Source: an uncultured Candidatus Saccharibacteria bacterium (GTDB taxonomy: Bacteria; Patescibacteriota; Saccharimonadia; Saccharimonadales; JBBQAJ01). From it: a stretch of DNA of 64,000 nt. The translations under genes and the position numbers were made by a program. Below, piece after piece: positions 38,538 to 49,221 of the stretch. The notes beneath the pieces are model-generated. The model was given only the letters and a program-made list of their open reading frames with translations, was not told the DNA's origin and made no database searches. The stretch covers positions 709,283 through 773,282 of the forward strand of contig CAZQHP010000001.1 in NCBI GenBank assembly GCA_964593805.1, read 5' to 3'. Each line of letters begins with the position of its first letter. The stretch's first letter is position 1.

Positions 38538-39290
38538 CTACAAGCTAGTCAAGATTTCGAAGCCGTCATCAGTGACAAGCACTGTGTGTTCAAAATGCGC
38601 GGCCATAGAACCGTCACTTGTACGAATTGTCCAATTATCCGGATCGGTTTTTATGGTATATGCCCCAAGAGTTGCCATCGGCTCAATCGCAATAGTCATA
38701 CCTGCGGATAGGGTCGGTCCCGTACCTTTTTTGCCATAATTTGGTATGTTTGGGTCTTCGTGGAGCTGATGACCCACGCCGTGGCCAACAAGATCACGGA
38801 CAATACCGTATTTGCCCCTGTCCAGTACCGCCTGCACAACGGCTGAAATATCTCCAACCCGCGCACCATTGCGCACAACGCCGATACCGGCCATTAGAGC
38901 CCTGCTGGTTTCTTGGACCAAATTGTTGATTCGACCTGGTGCTTTGCCCACAATTACAGAAACTGCCGCGTCGGTTATCATGCCTCTGTAGGTTACGCCA
39001 AAATCCAGACTTACTATATTGCCCTCTTTTATTAGATGGTTTTGGCGTGGTATACCATGTACGATTTCATCGTTAACAGACACGCATATCACGTCCGGGA
39101 AGCCAAAATAACCCAAGAAAGTCGGCTGGCCGCCAAGACTCTTGAGTTCTTTTTTTGCGATTTCGGCCAAGTCTTTTGTTGTCATACCCCTGGACAACTG
39201 CCGAGATACCAACTGCAAAACGGTAGCCAGCATACGGCCGCTTTCACGCATGGCCGCAATTTCAGCCTGGGTTTTTACGCGTGTCTGCAT
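38538..39290 (-). CDS. map: Methionine aminopeptidase, type I
   Basis: 250 aa with conserved metal-ligand blocks (VSLDFGV, ITDAAV, GHGVGHQLHE, IAIEPM, HFEHTV). Confidence 0.9.
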   Translation of the reverse strand: MQTRVKTQAEIAAMRESGRMLATVLQLVSRQLSRGMTTKDLAEIAKKELKSLGGQPTFLGYFGFPDVICVSVNDEIVHGIPRQNHLIKEGNIVSLDFGVTYRGMITDAAVSVIVGKAPGRINNLVQETSRALMAGIGVVRNGARVGDISAVVQAVLDRGKYGIVRDLVGHGVGHQLHEDPNIPNYGKKGTGPTLSAGMTIAIEPMATLGAYTIKTDPDNWTIRTSDGSMAAHFEHTVLVTDDGFEILTSL

Positions 39291-39832
39291 CAGTCAGATG
39301 TTTCTTTTAGCAAATGTACGATTTCTGTATGGACTTCTTCAATCGGCCGTTCGGCATTTACTTCTTCAAATTTGATCCCGGCTTTGATTAGATAATTCAA
39401 GATTGGCACTGTATCTCTTTCAAATTCAGCAAAACGCTGTTCAATGCCATCGTCATGATCGTCCAAGCGGCGCCGTGCAAGCAGACGGGACCGCATAGCC
39501 GCTTTGGACGCAATCAGATGAATCATGCAAGTTATCTCAAACCTTCCTTTTTTTTGTTGCTGTAAAAGCCATTTGGCTTGGGATATTCGGCGCGGGAAGC
39601 CGTCCAAAATCACATTGTTTTGGTCAGCTATTTCTGCCAGTGCTCGTTCGAGCAAAACCGTGACTTCTTGGTCTCCCAGAATTTCACCCTTCTGCATCCT
39701 CGCATGCTGATCATTTGAACCATATAGTCTTAACAGTTCTCCAGTTGAAACAACGTTAAACCCGTCTTTTTCAGCCAGTAGTTTGCTCTGCGTTCCTTTG
39801 CCCGAGCCGGCTATGCCCATCAGCAATATCAT
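39290..39832 (-). CDS. adk: Adenylate kinase (short type)
   Basis: MILLMGIAGSGKGTQSKLL P-loop; ILDGFPRR motif. Confidence 0.85.
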   Translation of the reverse strand: MILLMGIAGSGKGTQSKLLAEKDGFNVVSTGELLRLYGSNDQHARMQKGEILGDQEVTVLLERALAEIADQNNVILDGFPRRISQAKWLLQQQKKGRFEITCMIHLIASKAAMRSRLLARRRLDDHDDGIEQRFAEFERDTVPILNYLIKAGIKFEEVNAERPIEEVHTEIVHLLKETSD

Positions 39833-40284
39833 ACGGCAAGCTTCTCTTTAACAATTTTGGCAATCACTGCTCCATCGGCCGAACCCTTGCTGCGTTCTTT
39901 GACTTTACCTATAACCTGCCCCATTGCTTGCATGCCGGCGGCACCCAGCTCTGCAATGACTTCGGAAACGAGTTGGCTTACCGCTTCCTCTGTGAGCTGC
40001 TCTGGCAAATATTTTTCTATCACCTGCTTTTCTGTGGCTTCGGCTTCAGCCCGCTCCGGGCTGCCGCCCTGAACATACATTTCAACGCTTTCTTGCCGCT
40101 TTTTAGCCTCTTTGCTTAGAATGTCTATAATCTCGCTGTCGGGCAGGCCGGTTTCTCTGGCACCCTCGGCCACCTCAACATTCAATATAGCGCTCTTAAG
40201 CCCCCTAAGCGTGGTCACAAGCGTCTTATCGCCCGCCAGCATGGCTTGTTTCAAATCTTGTTCGATCTGTGTCTTTATACTCAC
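39829..40284 (-). CDS. GatB/YqeY domain-containing protein
   Basis: 151 aa. IEQDLKQAMLAGDK...LRGLKSAILN start typical of YqeY-like proteins. Confidence 0.75.
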   Translation of the reverse strand: MSIKTQIEQDLKQAMLAGDKTLVTTLRGLKSAILNVEVAEGARETGLPDSEIIDILSKEAKKRQESVEMYVQGGSPERAEAEATEKQVIEKYLPEQLTEEAVSQLVSEVIAELGAAGMQAMGQVIGKVKERSKGSADGAVIAKIVKEKLAV

Positions 40285-40378
40285 TTACGTTCTCGCTTAT
40301 TTCCCTCAGATTGTATCAGAGATAATAGACCCTGGGTAGCTTTTAAAATCTACGGCTACGAACCTGGTACTTTGAGTT

Positions 40379-40612
40379 CTATCTTTCCTTTTGCGGGGGG
40401 GCTTGGCCGAGTTTAATCTTTTTCATCTTGATGGCTTTGCGCTCACGCCGAACAATTGCCTTTTGGCGCCGGTCGCGTTTGCTAAGCGGTTTTTCAAAAA
40501 ATTCTGCTTGCTTGGCAGCCGTAACAACGCCCGCCTGTTGCACCTTGCGAGTAAAACGGCGAATCAGATTTTCCACCGACTCCTTAGAATCTTTGCGCGT
40601 AACTTGTATCAT
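40379..40612 (-). CDS. rpsU: 30S ribosomal protein S21
   Basis: 77 aa. ESVENLIRRFTRKVQQAGV...KPLSKRDRRQKA pattern. Confidence 0.85.
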   Translation of the reverse strand: MIQVTRKDSKESVENLIRRFTRKVQQAGVVTAAKQAEFFEKPLSKRDRRQKAIVRRERKAIKMKKIKLGQAPPQKER

Positions 40613-40702
40613 AGACGTAAATTCTACATTAACAGATAGAATTTTGCAACTAGCAATTAGTTAATAGAAAATAAGCGAGTGTTTGCGGACCTAGCACTTG
40701 CA

Positions 40703-40996
40703 CTAGGGAGTTATTTGCTGCTTCTTTTGGTTAAGACGTTGTGACTTCAACACTATGCTCTGTAACTCTTTGAAAATGGCGAACTGTTTATTGGTATGGT
40801 AGATCTTGGTATTACCTTGGCGTTCGGATATGAGAAAGCCGATTTTTTCCAGTCGCTTTAGTTCGCGCTGGATGTTACCAGCGTCTTCTTTGATTAGTTT
40901 AGCCAGCCCGCGGACATGTGTTTTGAAGTCTGGGTACTTAGCATAGACCACAATTATCTTGCGCCGAACCCTGGAGGTTATAAATACGTCTAACAT
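40703..40996 (-). CDS. Small winged-helix (ArsR/PadR-like) transcriptional regulator
   Basis: 97 aa. The HVRGLAKLIKEDAGNIQRELKRLEKIGFLISERQGNTKIY helix-turn-helix plus wing pattern. Confidence 0.6.
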   Translation of the reverse strand: MLDVFITSRVRRKIIVVYAKYPDFKTHVRGLAKLIKEDAGNIQRELKRLEKIGFLISERQGNTKIYHTNKQFAIFKELQSIVLKSQRLNQKKQQITP

Positions 40997-41136
40997 AAGC
41001 TCTTATTGTTACTCCTACAACGTAAAGTATAGGAAGGCAGGTTCCAAGTGTCAAGGCACAAGTTACAAGATACTATCGCAACCATAATTTTTTTCCTTTC
41101 TTGATACTTGTTACTTGATACTTAATACTTGTATGC

Positions 41137-43065
41137 ATGTACTATAGAGTTTTGGTGGCTAGTCAGGGTTTCCATGGCAAAGAAAGTCTAACCTATAAAT
41201 CAGCCGAGGGCCTTCTGACGGGTCAGATAGTAGCGGTGCCTTTGCAGCGCAAAACGGCTTTGGGAATCGTTGAGTCCAAAGTGCCTAAACCTTCCTTCTC
41301 CACAAAAGAAGTGGCAACCGTTTGGCCAGTTTTTGTGCCGCCCGCCTCGTTAGCCTTGCTCGAGTGGCTGTACCATTACTACCCGGCACCGCTTGGTCTC
41401 ATTACTGAACTTTTCACGCCGCCGGCTCTGCCAAAAAAATTACCAGCCCCACCTGCCGTCAAGCTCGCGGAGAAAGCTGTTTCCTTGCCGCCGCTGACAG
41501 GCGAACAAACCAAAATCCTCAAAACTATCCAAGACTCCACCGAGCAAAGCGTTTTGCTTCATGGCGATACCGGGACGGGCAAAACTAGAATATACCTTGA
41601 GCTGGCTAGAAAATCGTTGGAAGCGGGCAAGTCTGTCATCATACACACGCCAGAAATTGGCTTAACGGAACCCCTGCTTGAAACATTTACTAAAACGTTT
41701 GGCAACCAAGTAGTCGCGACTCATTCGGACATGACCCCTGCCGAGCGGCGCTCAGTTTGGCTGCGTGCCAGCACTACGAACACGGGCTTGGTCATTATCG
41801 GTCCTCGTTCGGCTTTATTTTCTCCGCTTAAAAACGTCGGGCTGATTGTGTTGGACGAGGCTCACGACAGCGCCTACAAACAAGAACAGGCCCCCAGATA
41901 CCAGGCCAGCCGAGTCGCTGCTCAACTTGCCCGCTTACACGGCGCGCGCTTTATCATGGCAAGCGCTACGCCGCTTGTTACTGATTATTTTACCTTTGCT
42001 CGAAAGGGCTTGCCCATACTGCGTATGACTCAGCCTGCTATAAAAAATACTCAGGCGGTGGCCCTAAATATAATTGATTTGCGTGATAAAGCAGAATTTA
42101 GTAAATCACCTTGGATTGCACGTAGGCTGATTAACGCCATTAACGAAGCCCTGAAAAACGGCGAACAGTCGCTTTTGTTTCTAAACCGCCGCGGCAGTGC
42201 GCGCTTGGTTCTCTGCGACAGCTGCGGCTGGCAGGCGCTATGTCCCCACTGCGACGTAGCTTTAACCTATCACCATGATAGTTACGCCATGCGCTGTCAC
42301 AGCTGTGACTTCTCTGAGCGCGCGCCTACCAGTTGTCCGGCTTGCGGCGCCAATGAGCTAGTATTTCGTAGTATTGGCACCAAAGCTCTGGAAAGCGAAA
42401 TGAACAAACTGTTCCCAAAGGCCAAAATTAGCCGATTCGATCGAGATACCGAAAAATCCGGGCGCCTGAGCCAGCAGCATCGCGCCCTGCAAAGCGGAGA
42501 GATTGATATACTTATTGGCACGCAGAGCATTGCGAAAGGTTTTGATCTACCCAAATTAAGTGTTGTGGGCATTATTCAGGCAGATAGCGGACTGCAAATA
42601 CCGGACTATACAGCAGCCGAACGTAGCTACCAGTTGCTCAGCCAAGTAAGCGGCCGGGTTGGCCGCGGACACCGTGCAGGCAAGCTGTTTGTCCAGACAT
42701 ACCAGCCCAAAAGCCCGCTTATAAACATGGCCCTTGGGAAAGATTACGCGAGTTTTTATGATCAGGAACTAAGGCAACGGGAGGCCTATAAGTTCCCGCC
42801 TTATAGCTATTTGCTCAAAGTGGCGTGTGTTCGGGCAAGCAGTCAAAGCGCCCTCAAAGCCTGCCAAAAACTCGCCGATGACCTAAAGAAGTTAGGTAGC
42901 GGCGTCACCATAGAGGGCCCATCGCCTAGATTTATTGAAAAAGTCGCCGGCCGGTACGCATGGCATGTAGTAGTCAAATCCAAAAACCGCAACAACTTGG
43001 TAAAAGTTGTCGGCCAGTTGCCTGGCAACTGCACTTACGACTTAGATCCGAGCGATTTGCTATAG
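41137..43065 (+). CDS. priA: Primosomal protein N' (replication restart helicase PriA)
   Basis: LLHGDTGTGKT Walker A, LDEAHD box, and a Cys-rich zinc insert (CDSCGW..CPHCD...CHSCDF..CPACG). Confidence 0.9.
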   Translation: MYYRVLVASQGFHGKESLTYKSAEGLLTGQIVAVPLQRKTALGIVESKVPKPSFSTKEVATVWPVFVPPASLALLEWLYHYYPAPLGLITELFTPPALPKKLPAPPAVKLAEKAVSLPPLTGEQTKILKTIQDSTEQSVLLHGDTGTGKTRIYLELARKSLEAGKSVIIHTPEIGLTEPLLETFTKTFGNQVVATHSDMTPAERRSVWLRASTTNTGLVIIGPRSALFSPLKNVGLIVLDEAHDSAYKQEQAPRYQASRVAAQLARLHGARFIMASATPLVTDYFTFARKGLPILRMTQPAIKNTQAVALNIIDLRDKAEFSKSPWIARRLINAINEALKNGEQSLLFLNRRGSARLVLCDSCGWQALCPHCDVALTYHHDSYAMRCHSCDFSERAPTSCPACGANELVFRSIGTKALESEMNKLFPKAKISRFDRDTEKSGRLSQQHRALQSGEIDILIGTQSIAKGFDLPKLSVVGIIQADSGLQIPDYTAAERSYQLLSQVSGRVGRGHRAGKLFVQTYQPKSPLINMALGKDYASFYDQELRQREAYKFPPYSYLLKVACVRASSQSALKACQKLADDLKKLGSGVTIEGPSPRFIEKVAGRYAWHVVVKSKNRNNLVKVVGQLPGNCTYDLDPSDLL

Positions 43066-43081
43066 GGTATACTAATCCATA

Positions 43082-43660
43082 ATGAAATCACCTAAAGACC
43101 AGATTATCCATCTGCCAAACCCGCATCTTCGCACCCGTTCCCGGCGAATCGGTTTAGTAGATAAAAATGTTCAGGAAATCATAGCTAAAATGGTCGAAGC
43201 CACACTTGACTGGGAAGACAGCCGCGAGCACGAGGTTGGTGTTGCATTAGCGGCCATACAAATGGACCAACCCCTGAGAATTGTCATAATTCGTAATGAT
43301 TTTGACAACAAAAAAGATCGAACATTTAAAGTGTTCATTAACCCGGAGATTGTAAAGTTAGAAGGTGAGATTGTAGAAGATTTTGAAGGTTGTTTGAGCA
43401 TACAGGATGTCTATGGCAAGGTGCCCCGCTACGAACGAGTCAAAGTAAAGGCACTTGACCAGACCAGCAGACCTATACGCGTCACTGCCAAAGGCTTCCT
43501 GGCTCGCGTTTTCCAGCATGAAATCGACCACACAAATGGCAAAGTATTCGTAGACCATATAAAAAACAACCCTGCTGCGTTCTTTAAACTACAAGCAGAC
43601 GGCCATTTAACAGAGTTAGATTATGAAAAAGATGTCCGTAGCAGCGACTTGTGGGAATGA
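43082..43660 (+). CDS. def: Peptide deformylase
   Basis: GVALAAIQ, EGCLS and HEIDH motifs. Confidence 0.9.
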   Translation: MKSPKDQIIHLPNPHLRTRSRRIGLVDKNVQEIIAKMVEATLDWEDSREHEVGVALAAIQMDQPLRIVIIRNDFDNKKDRTFKVFINPEIVKLEGEIVEDFEGCLSIQDVYGKVPRYERVKVKALDQTSRPIRVTAKGFLARVFQHEIDHTNGKVFVDHIKNNPAAFFKLQADGHLTELDYEKDVRSSDLWE

Positions 43661-43676
43661 CGCGGGAGACTAACAG

Positions 43677-44696
43677 ATGAAAATCAACCTGCGCAAACGA
43701 AAAAACCAATCAAAACCCGACAATAGTTACGGCTCTGGAACTTTTGATCGGCTGATGCCGCCTGAGACATCTGAAATACCCCGGAGCGAGCCGCGCGATA
43801 TTTCGCTGGTGTTCTTTGGTAGCGGTCCGGTCGCCGCAAAATCACTGGAGCTACTGGCTCAAAACTTTAGTGTAGAAGCCGTGGTTACCAAGCCAAAGCC
43901 CGCTCATCACCATGGTGCGTTTCCTATTTTAGATCTTGCGGAATCTCTGAAGCTATCTGTGCACACTGTCAGCAATAAAGCCCAGCTGTCCGAGCTAATT
44001 GGTTCTAGGCCCTTTCACAGCCGCTTGGGCGTGTTGATAGATTTTGGCATAATTGTTAACCAAGATGTCATAGACTACTTCCCTTTGGGTATCGTAAACA
44101 GCCATTTTTCAATCTTGCCGCAGTGGCGCGGCGCCGACCCCATCACCTTTTCCATTCTTTCAGGGCAAGACAAAACTGGGGTAAGTCTGATGTTGATAGA
44201 CGCGGACATGGACACTGGTAAAATTATCACCCAGAAGAGTCTTTCAATTAGCTCGGACGCAACAACCAAAACCTTAACCGCTGAACTAATTAATCTTAGT
44301 CGGGATCTATTGGTTGAATACCTCCCGAAATACATTGACGGATCTGTGCAAGCTCGCAACCAGCCGCACCCGGATCGTGCCACTTATTCACGCAAGCTCA
44401 CAAAACAAGATGGGATCATAGATTGGACCAAAGCGGCTCCGCGGCTTGAGCGAGAGATTAGGGCTTTTCTGGAGTGGCCAAAAAGCACAACAGCTATCGG
44501 CGGTAAGGAAGTTATACTTACTAAAGTCAGTGTTGTGAATGTTACAGGCAAGCCAGGTTTGGTTGAGATTAAGGATAAGAATTTGATCATTTATGCCGGG
44601 CAGCAAGCATTGAGTATAGAAAAACTAAAGCCAGCTGGTAAAAAGGAAATGACCGCCGAGGCATTTCTGGCCGGCTACGGGTATTTATTGAAGTAG
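43677..44696 (+). CDS. fmt: Methionyl-tRNA formyltransferase (with ~40-aa N-terminal extension if the first ATG is used)
   Basis: VFFGSGPVA, NSHFSILPQWRGADP and a C-terminal tRNA-binding domain. Confidence 0.85.
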   Translation: MKINLRKRKNQSKPDNSYGSGTFDRLMPPETSEIPRSEPRDISLVFFGSGPVAAKSLELLAQNFSVEAVVTKPKPAHHHGAFPILDLAESLKLSVHTVSNKAQLSELIGSRPFHSRLGVLIDFGIIVNQDVIDYFPLGIVNSHFSILPQWRGADPITFSILSGQDKTGVSLMLIDADMDTGKIITQKSLSISSDATTKTLTAELINLSRDLLVEYLPKYIDGSVQARNQPHPDRATYSRKLTKQDGIIDWTKAAPRLEREIRAFLEWPKSTTAIGGKEVILTKVSVVNVTGKPGLVEIKDKNLIIYAGQQALSIEKLKPAGKKEMTAEAFLAGYGYLLK

Positions 44697-44698
44697 CG

Positions 44699-45034
44699 TT
44701 ATTGTTCTGGTGCGACTGGGGGCTGGGTTGCGGCGGCTAATATCTGGGGAGCAGACTGTTTGATTTCGGCTTTTAACTTTTCTAGTTCATCAGCTACGAC
44801 TTTTTTGTAGTCTGGGAAGTTGGTTTCCAGCCATTTAAGGGCACCGGCTTCGTCATTTTTATCTATAAAGCTTTCAAATTCGTCAAGCTGTTCGTTGGTC
44901 ATCTGTTCGGCCAGTTTCATGCCCACGCGCATTTCCAGCGTTTCATAGATATGCGCCAGCATTTTATTTTTTTCCTCGGTCGGCAAGCTTCCCAGCCCTA
45001 GCTCTTCCAGTAGTGTGTTATCTAGTTTGAACAT
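44699..45034 (-). CDS. Conserved small acidic protein (resembles CPR DUF5663-type proteins, from memory)
   Basis: 111 aa. MFKLDNTLLEELGLGSLPTEEKNKMLAHIYETLEMRVG start. Confidence 0.5.
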   Translation of the reverse strand: MFKLDNTLLEELGLGSLPTEEKNKMLAHIYETLEMRVGMKLAEQMTNEQLDEFESFIDKNDEAGALKWLETNFPDYKKVVADELEKLKAEIKQSAPQILAAATQPPVAPEQ

Positions 45035-45056
45035 ATGGATATATTATCACGCTATT

Positions 45057-45344
45057 TTAACTGCCAGCAATCAGAAACGCCGCCAGCGCGGCGCAACCGC
45101 CTATTATACCCAACAAAAAACCTTTGATCAGCGCTTGGCGGTAAAGGGTTCTGCTACGAGACGATTGAGCATCATTCGCTGGTGTTATAGAAGAACCTGG
45201 TTTTTGGCTGTTACTAGCAGGTAAAGCCTGACGGCCAGCGTAACCAGCGAGAACTTGGCTAAGTGGAATCATGCGGCCTCCTGAGGGCTCTAGCGGCGTA
45301 TTATTTGATACCTTAGTTTCAGGAATGTTCGGAATTTCTTCCAT
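45057..45344 (-). CDS. Hypothetical tail-anchored small membrane protein
   Basis: 95-aa ORF with a C-terminal TM (GFLLGIIGGCAALAAFLIAG), directly downstream of infB. Confidence 0.4.
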   Translation of the reverse strand: MEEIPNIPETKVSNNTPLEPSGGRMIPLSQVLAGYAGRQALPASNSQKPGSSITPANDAQSSRSRTLYRQALIKGFLLGIIGGCAALAAFLIAGS

Positions 45345-45365
45345 GACATTACCGACTATACGTGG

Positions 45366-47123
45366 TTATAGCGTTCTTGCAACCGTCTGCCGAGTAAAGA
45401 ATTCCAGATGATCACCTTCTAGTAGTTCCAGTTTTGAGGCTGTTGTTAGACTTACGCCGCACATATCGCCTTCAAAAACTTCTTTGGCCTCTTGCGGGCC
45501 GCGCTTGAGAAGCGTTGCTTCAACTTCGGCGAGAATTTCTTTGTCTCGAACAACCCGTACTAGAGCCGGCACTGTCAGCTTGCCCTTGGTTACTTCGCCG
45601 CCGCAGATTACTTCGGTTTTGCTGGTTTTGAAGATTCCTTTTACAACCAAGCGGCCTAGTTCTGTTTCCACTATCTCCGGGGGAAGCATCAGCTGAAGTT
45701 CTGCTTTGGCATCATCTATAAGTTCATAGATTACCCTGTACAAACGGATGCGAACTTTGTCGCGGGCGGCCAACTGTTTAATGTTAGTGGGCATCTGGAC
45801 ATGAAAACCATACAAAATGGCTTTGGTGGTGGCCGCCAGATGTACGTCGTTTTCGTTTATAGTGCCCACTCCGGAACCGACCACACGCACGGCAACTTCT
45901 TCGGTATCAAGCGCTTTAAGACTATCAACAACGGAGGTGAGCGAACCTTGAACGTCCGCTTTTATAATTATGTTTAGTTCGTTGACTTCGTTGCTACGGT
46001 TTATCATGCGGATAAGTTCGCCGCTGTTGATATCCATTCGGGAGCCGCTTTTTTGATCTGCGGCCGATTGGCTAGCCTGGGCGCGGGCGGCTTTTTCGTC
46101 GGATACGGCTATAAAAGTATCGCCAAACTCCGGTAACGATTTGAACCCTGTAATTACCACCGGCGTAGAAGGACCGGCTTGTTTCAGAATTTCGCCACTG
46201 GTTGATTCCAGATTTCGGATTCGGGCATAGCTACTGCCAGCCACGACAAACTGGCCTGGCTTGAGCGTACCGGCCTCTACCAGCGCTTCCGCGACCGAAC
46301 CCCTGCCCTGTTCCATGTGCGCTTCAATAATCAGCCCCTGGGCAGGCACATCGATGTCCGCCCGCAAATCTTCTACGTCCGACACTAGCAGTATCATGTC
46401 CAGCAAATTTGGTATACCGTCTCCGGTTTTGGCCGACACCGGCGTAACCACAATGTCACCGCCCCACTCTTCAATCAGCAAATCTTGTTCGGAAAGCTGC
46501 TGTTTGACGCGGTTTATGTCCGCGCCTTCTTTGTCTATCTTGTTTATAGCTACAATAATTTTGACGCCGGCTTTACGCGCAAAACGGATGGCTTCTATGG
46601 TTTGAGGCTTTATGCCGTCGTCGGCGGCAACTACAATCACCACCACGTCTGTAAGGGCCGCGCCGTGTTCGCGCAAGGCCGCGAAAGCTTCGTGGCCTGG
46701 CGTATCCAAAAAAGTTATCTGGCGGTCACCATGCTTAATCTGGTAGGCGGAAATATGCTGAGTGATGCCCCCGGCCTCTGATTTCACTACTGCGGCACCG
46801 CGAATAGCATCCAACAGGCTGGTTTTGCCGTGGTCCACATGTCCCATCACCGCCACTACTGGCGGGCGCTGGCCAGCGTTTTTGCTAGCTACTGGTTTTT
46901 CACGGACAGTTTCGGTTGCTGAAGCATCTTTTTTGGTCAGCTCAATGTCCAGATCAAGCTCGCCAACAATAATCTGAGCGGTATCATAGTCAATCCGCTC
47001 GTTTACCGTGGCCATAACGCCGTTTTTCATGAGTTCTGTAATCAGTTTGGTTACGGGTATAGAAAGCTGTTCGGCTAGAGCGCCCACGGTAATCATGTTG
47101 TCTATTTCGATGGTTGTTGCCAT
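45366..47123 (-). CDS. infB: Translation initiation factor IF-2 (short, lacks long N-terminal region)
   Basis: [14 protein letters not shown] and NKID G-domain motifs; 585 aa. Confidence 0.95.
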   Translation of the reverse strand: MATTIEIDNMITVGALAEQLSIPVTKLITELMKNGVMATVNERIDYDTAQIIVGELDLDIELTKKDASATETVREKPVASKNAGQRPPVVAVMGHVDHGKTSLLDAIRGAAVVKSEAGGITQHISAYQIKHGDRQITFLDTPGHEAFAALREHGAALTDVVVIVVAADDGIKPQTIEAIRFARKAGVKIIVAINKIDKEGADINRVKQQLSEQDLLIEEWGGDIVVTPVSAKTGDGIPNLLDMILLVSDVEDLRADIDVPAQGLIIEAHMEQGRGSVAEALVEAGTLKPGQFVVAGSSYARIRNLESTSGEILKQAGPSTPVVITGFKSLPEFGDTFIAVSDEKAARAQASQSAADQKSGSRMDINSGELIRMINRSNEVNELNIIIKADVQGSLTSVVDSLKALDTEEVAVRVVGSGVGTINENDVHLAATTKAILYGFHVQMPTNIKQLAARDKVRIRLYRVIYELIDDAKAELQLMLPPEIVETELGRLVVKGIFKTSKTEVICGGEVTKGKLTVPALVRVVRDKEILAEVEATLLKRGPQEAKEVFEGDMCGVSLTTASKLELLEGDHLEFFTRQTVARTL

Positions 47124-47169
47124 GGTTGCTCCTTTCCGGCTGATTGCCTTGGTTACTAAACTTTACATA

Positions 47170-48255
47170 CTATTTGGCGTCTTTGAGACTCAGGGCAATT
47201 TTTCTACCCTCGGTGTCAATATCTAGAACTTTGAACTTCTTGGTTTCGTTCAGCTGGAAGATTTTTTCTGGGTCTATGCCTTCTTCGTCACTCATTTCTG
47301 ACACGTGCACTAGGGCTTCAACCGCGGAACTGAGCTGGACGAAGGCGCCAAACGGCGTAATCCGCGTAACTTTGCCTTCTACAACCGAACTCTTTTTGAA
47401 AGCTTTTACTTCTTGAAGCCAAGGGTCTTCCTGCATTTGCTTGAGACTTAGAGACAGCCGATCTTTGTCTATGCCAATTATCTTGGCCTGTACGGTTTGC
47501 CCAGTTTTGACGTAGTCCCTAGGGTCTTCTACGCGCTCCCAGGAGATTTCAGATATGTGTATGAGGCCTTCTATGCCGTCCACATTTACAAAAGCGCCAA
47601 AGTCTATGACTCCAGTCACCACGCCCTCTACGCTGTCGCCAACTTTGAGCTCAGAGAAACGTGCTTGCATGTCGTCTTTGACGGCTTCTTTTTCGGAAAA
47701 AATCAGTTTGTTGTCTTTGCGGCTGATGTCCAGAATTCGTGCTCTTATGGGTTTGTTGGCTAGCTGGTTAAGCTTTTGCAAGATTTCATCCTTGTCCGCT
47801 CCGGAAACGCGTGGGTAGTGGCCGGCAGCTAGCTGTGAAACCGGCAAAAAGCCTCGTATACCTTCCAGTTCCACCAGTAAACCGCCGCGGTTGGCGTCGT
47901 ACGGTGAAATTTCTATAATCTCTTGCTTATCAAATAATGTTTGGAGTTCATCCCAGCCGCGGTCTTTGGCGGCGCGGCGCATACTGAGCAGTGCGTAGCC
48001 TTCATCCATTTCCGGGTCTACCACGCTGGTCAGGATCTGTTGTCCTGGTTCTAGTTTTTGGCCGTGGCCGATTTCGCGGCGCATAACTACGCCTACGCCG
48101 TTGGCGCCCAGGTCTATCCAGACCTCGTGCTTATGTACGCTCGAAACGACGCCTTCTACTACGTCTCCCGTTTTTAGCTGGATAATATCGCTGGACGCCA
48201 GCAAGTCGTCCATAGTTACACCTGTTGGTGTGGTTGTTTTTGACATGATGTTCAT
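47170..48255 (-). CDS. rpsA: 30S ribosomal protein S1 (four S1 domains)
   Basis: Four repeats of the S1 OB-fold pattern (G.VVEG.V..V....V.VD.G..G.V). Confidence 0.85.
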   Translation of the reverse strand: MNIMSKTTTPTGVTMDDLLASSDIIQLKTGDVVEGVVSSVHKHEVWIDLGANGVGVVMRREIGHGQKLEPGQQILTSVVDPEMDEGYALLSMRRAAKDRGWDELQTLFDKQEIIEISPYDANRGGLLVELEGIRGFLPVSQLAAGHYPRVSGADKDEILQKLNQLANKPIRARILDISRKDNKLIFSEKEAVKDDMQARFSELKVGDSVEGVVTGVIDFGAFVNVDGIEGLIHISEISWERVEDPRDYVKTGQTVQAKIIGIDKDRLSLSLKQMQEDPWLQEVKAFKKSSVVEGKVTRITPFGAFVQLSSAVEALVHVSEMSDEEGIDPEKIFQLNETKKFKVLDIDTEGRKIALSLKDAK

Positions 48256-48396
48256 GCCTCCTTAGACTCTGCGGTGCGCCGTGGCGCATTGCTCCGTTCA
48301 GATTTCCACATAATTATATCTGTTATTCACAGGTATGTAAAGAGTTAAGAAGTTATCGTATTTTTACTTTTCACCTTATGGCTTATACTTGACGTC

Positions 48397-49221
48397 ATGT
48401 TTGCCGCAGTTGATATAGGGGGTACTAAGACGCTGGTTGCCGTCTTTGACGCGCACGGCAAAATTGTAGAACAAGCAAAATTCTCTACTCCCAAGGACTA
48501 TGAAGATTTCAAGATAGAATTGGCAAAAACCGTTGCAGGTTTATCAACGCAGGATTTTTTGCGAACTGTGGTGGCTGTGCCTGGGAGAGTCGATCGTCAA
48601 AGAGGGGTTGGCGTGCGCTTTGGCAATCTTGAATGGGTAAACGTACCGATTCAAAAAGATGCGGAAGATATTTTTCGTTCGCCGGTGATTGTTGAAAATG
48701 ATGCCAAATTGGCATGTCTGTCTGAGGCCTTATTACTTAAAGCCAATTATAAAAAAGTGCTGTATGTAACCATTAGTACGGGGATTGGGGTGGGGTTGGT
48801 CGTAAACGGTGAAATCGATACCGCCATAGGGGATGGCGGCGGCCATACTATGATGCTCGAACACAAAGGTAAAATCATGTCCTGGGAAGAGTTTGGTTCT
48901 GGCAAAGCTATAGTTGAAAAATATGGCAAGCGCGCAGAGGATATTAACGACCCGGAAATCTGGAAAGCTATTGTAAAAGACTTCGCCGTTGGCATTGTCG
49001 AACTGATCGCGGTACTAGCTCCGGAAGTTATTGTGATTGGCGGAGGTGTTGGCAGCCATTTTAATAAATTTGGAATACTCCTGAACAAACAACTTAAACA
49101 ATACGAAACGCCGCTTATGCCGATGCCGCCGATTGTTGCAGCAAAACACCCAGAGGAAGCAGTTATTTACGGCTGTTACGAATACGCGAAACAACACCAT
49201 GAAAAACTTGTTACTAAATAA
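48397..49221 (+). CDS. ROK family sugar kinase (glucokinase-like)
   Basis: MFAAVDIGGTKTLVAVFD N-terminus, ENDAKLA and GIGVG blocks. Confidence 0.75.
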   Translation: MFAAVDIGGTKTLVAVFDAHGKIVEQAKFSTPKDYEDFKIELAKTVAGLSTQDFLRTVVAVPGRVDRQRGVGVRFGNLEWVNVPIQKDAEDIFRSPVIVENDAKLACLSEALLLKANYKKVLYVTISTGIGVGLVVNGEIDTAIGDGGGHTMMLEHKGKIMSWEEFGSGKAIVEKYGKRAEDINDPEIWKAIVKDFAVGIVELIAVLAPEVIVIGGGVGSHFNKFGILLNKQLKQYETPLMPMPPIVAAKHPEEAVIYGCYEYAKQHHEKLVTK

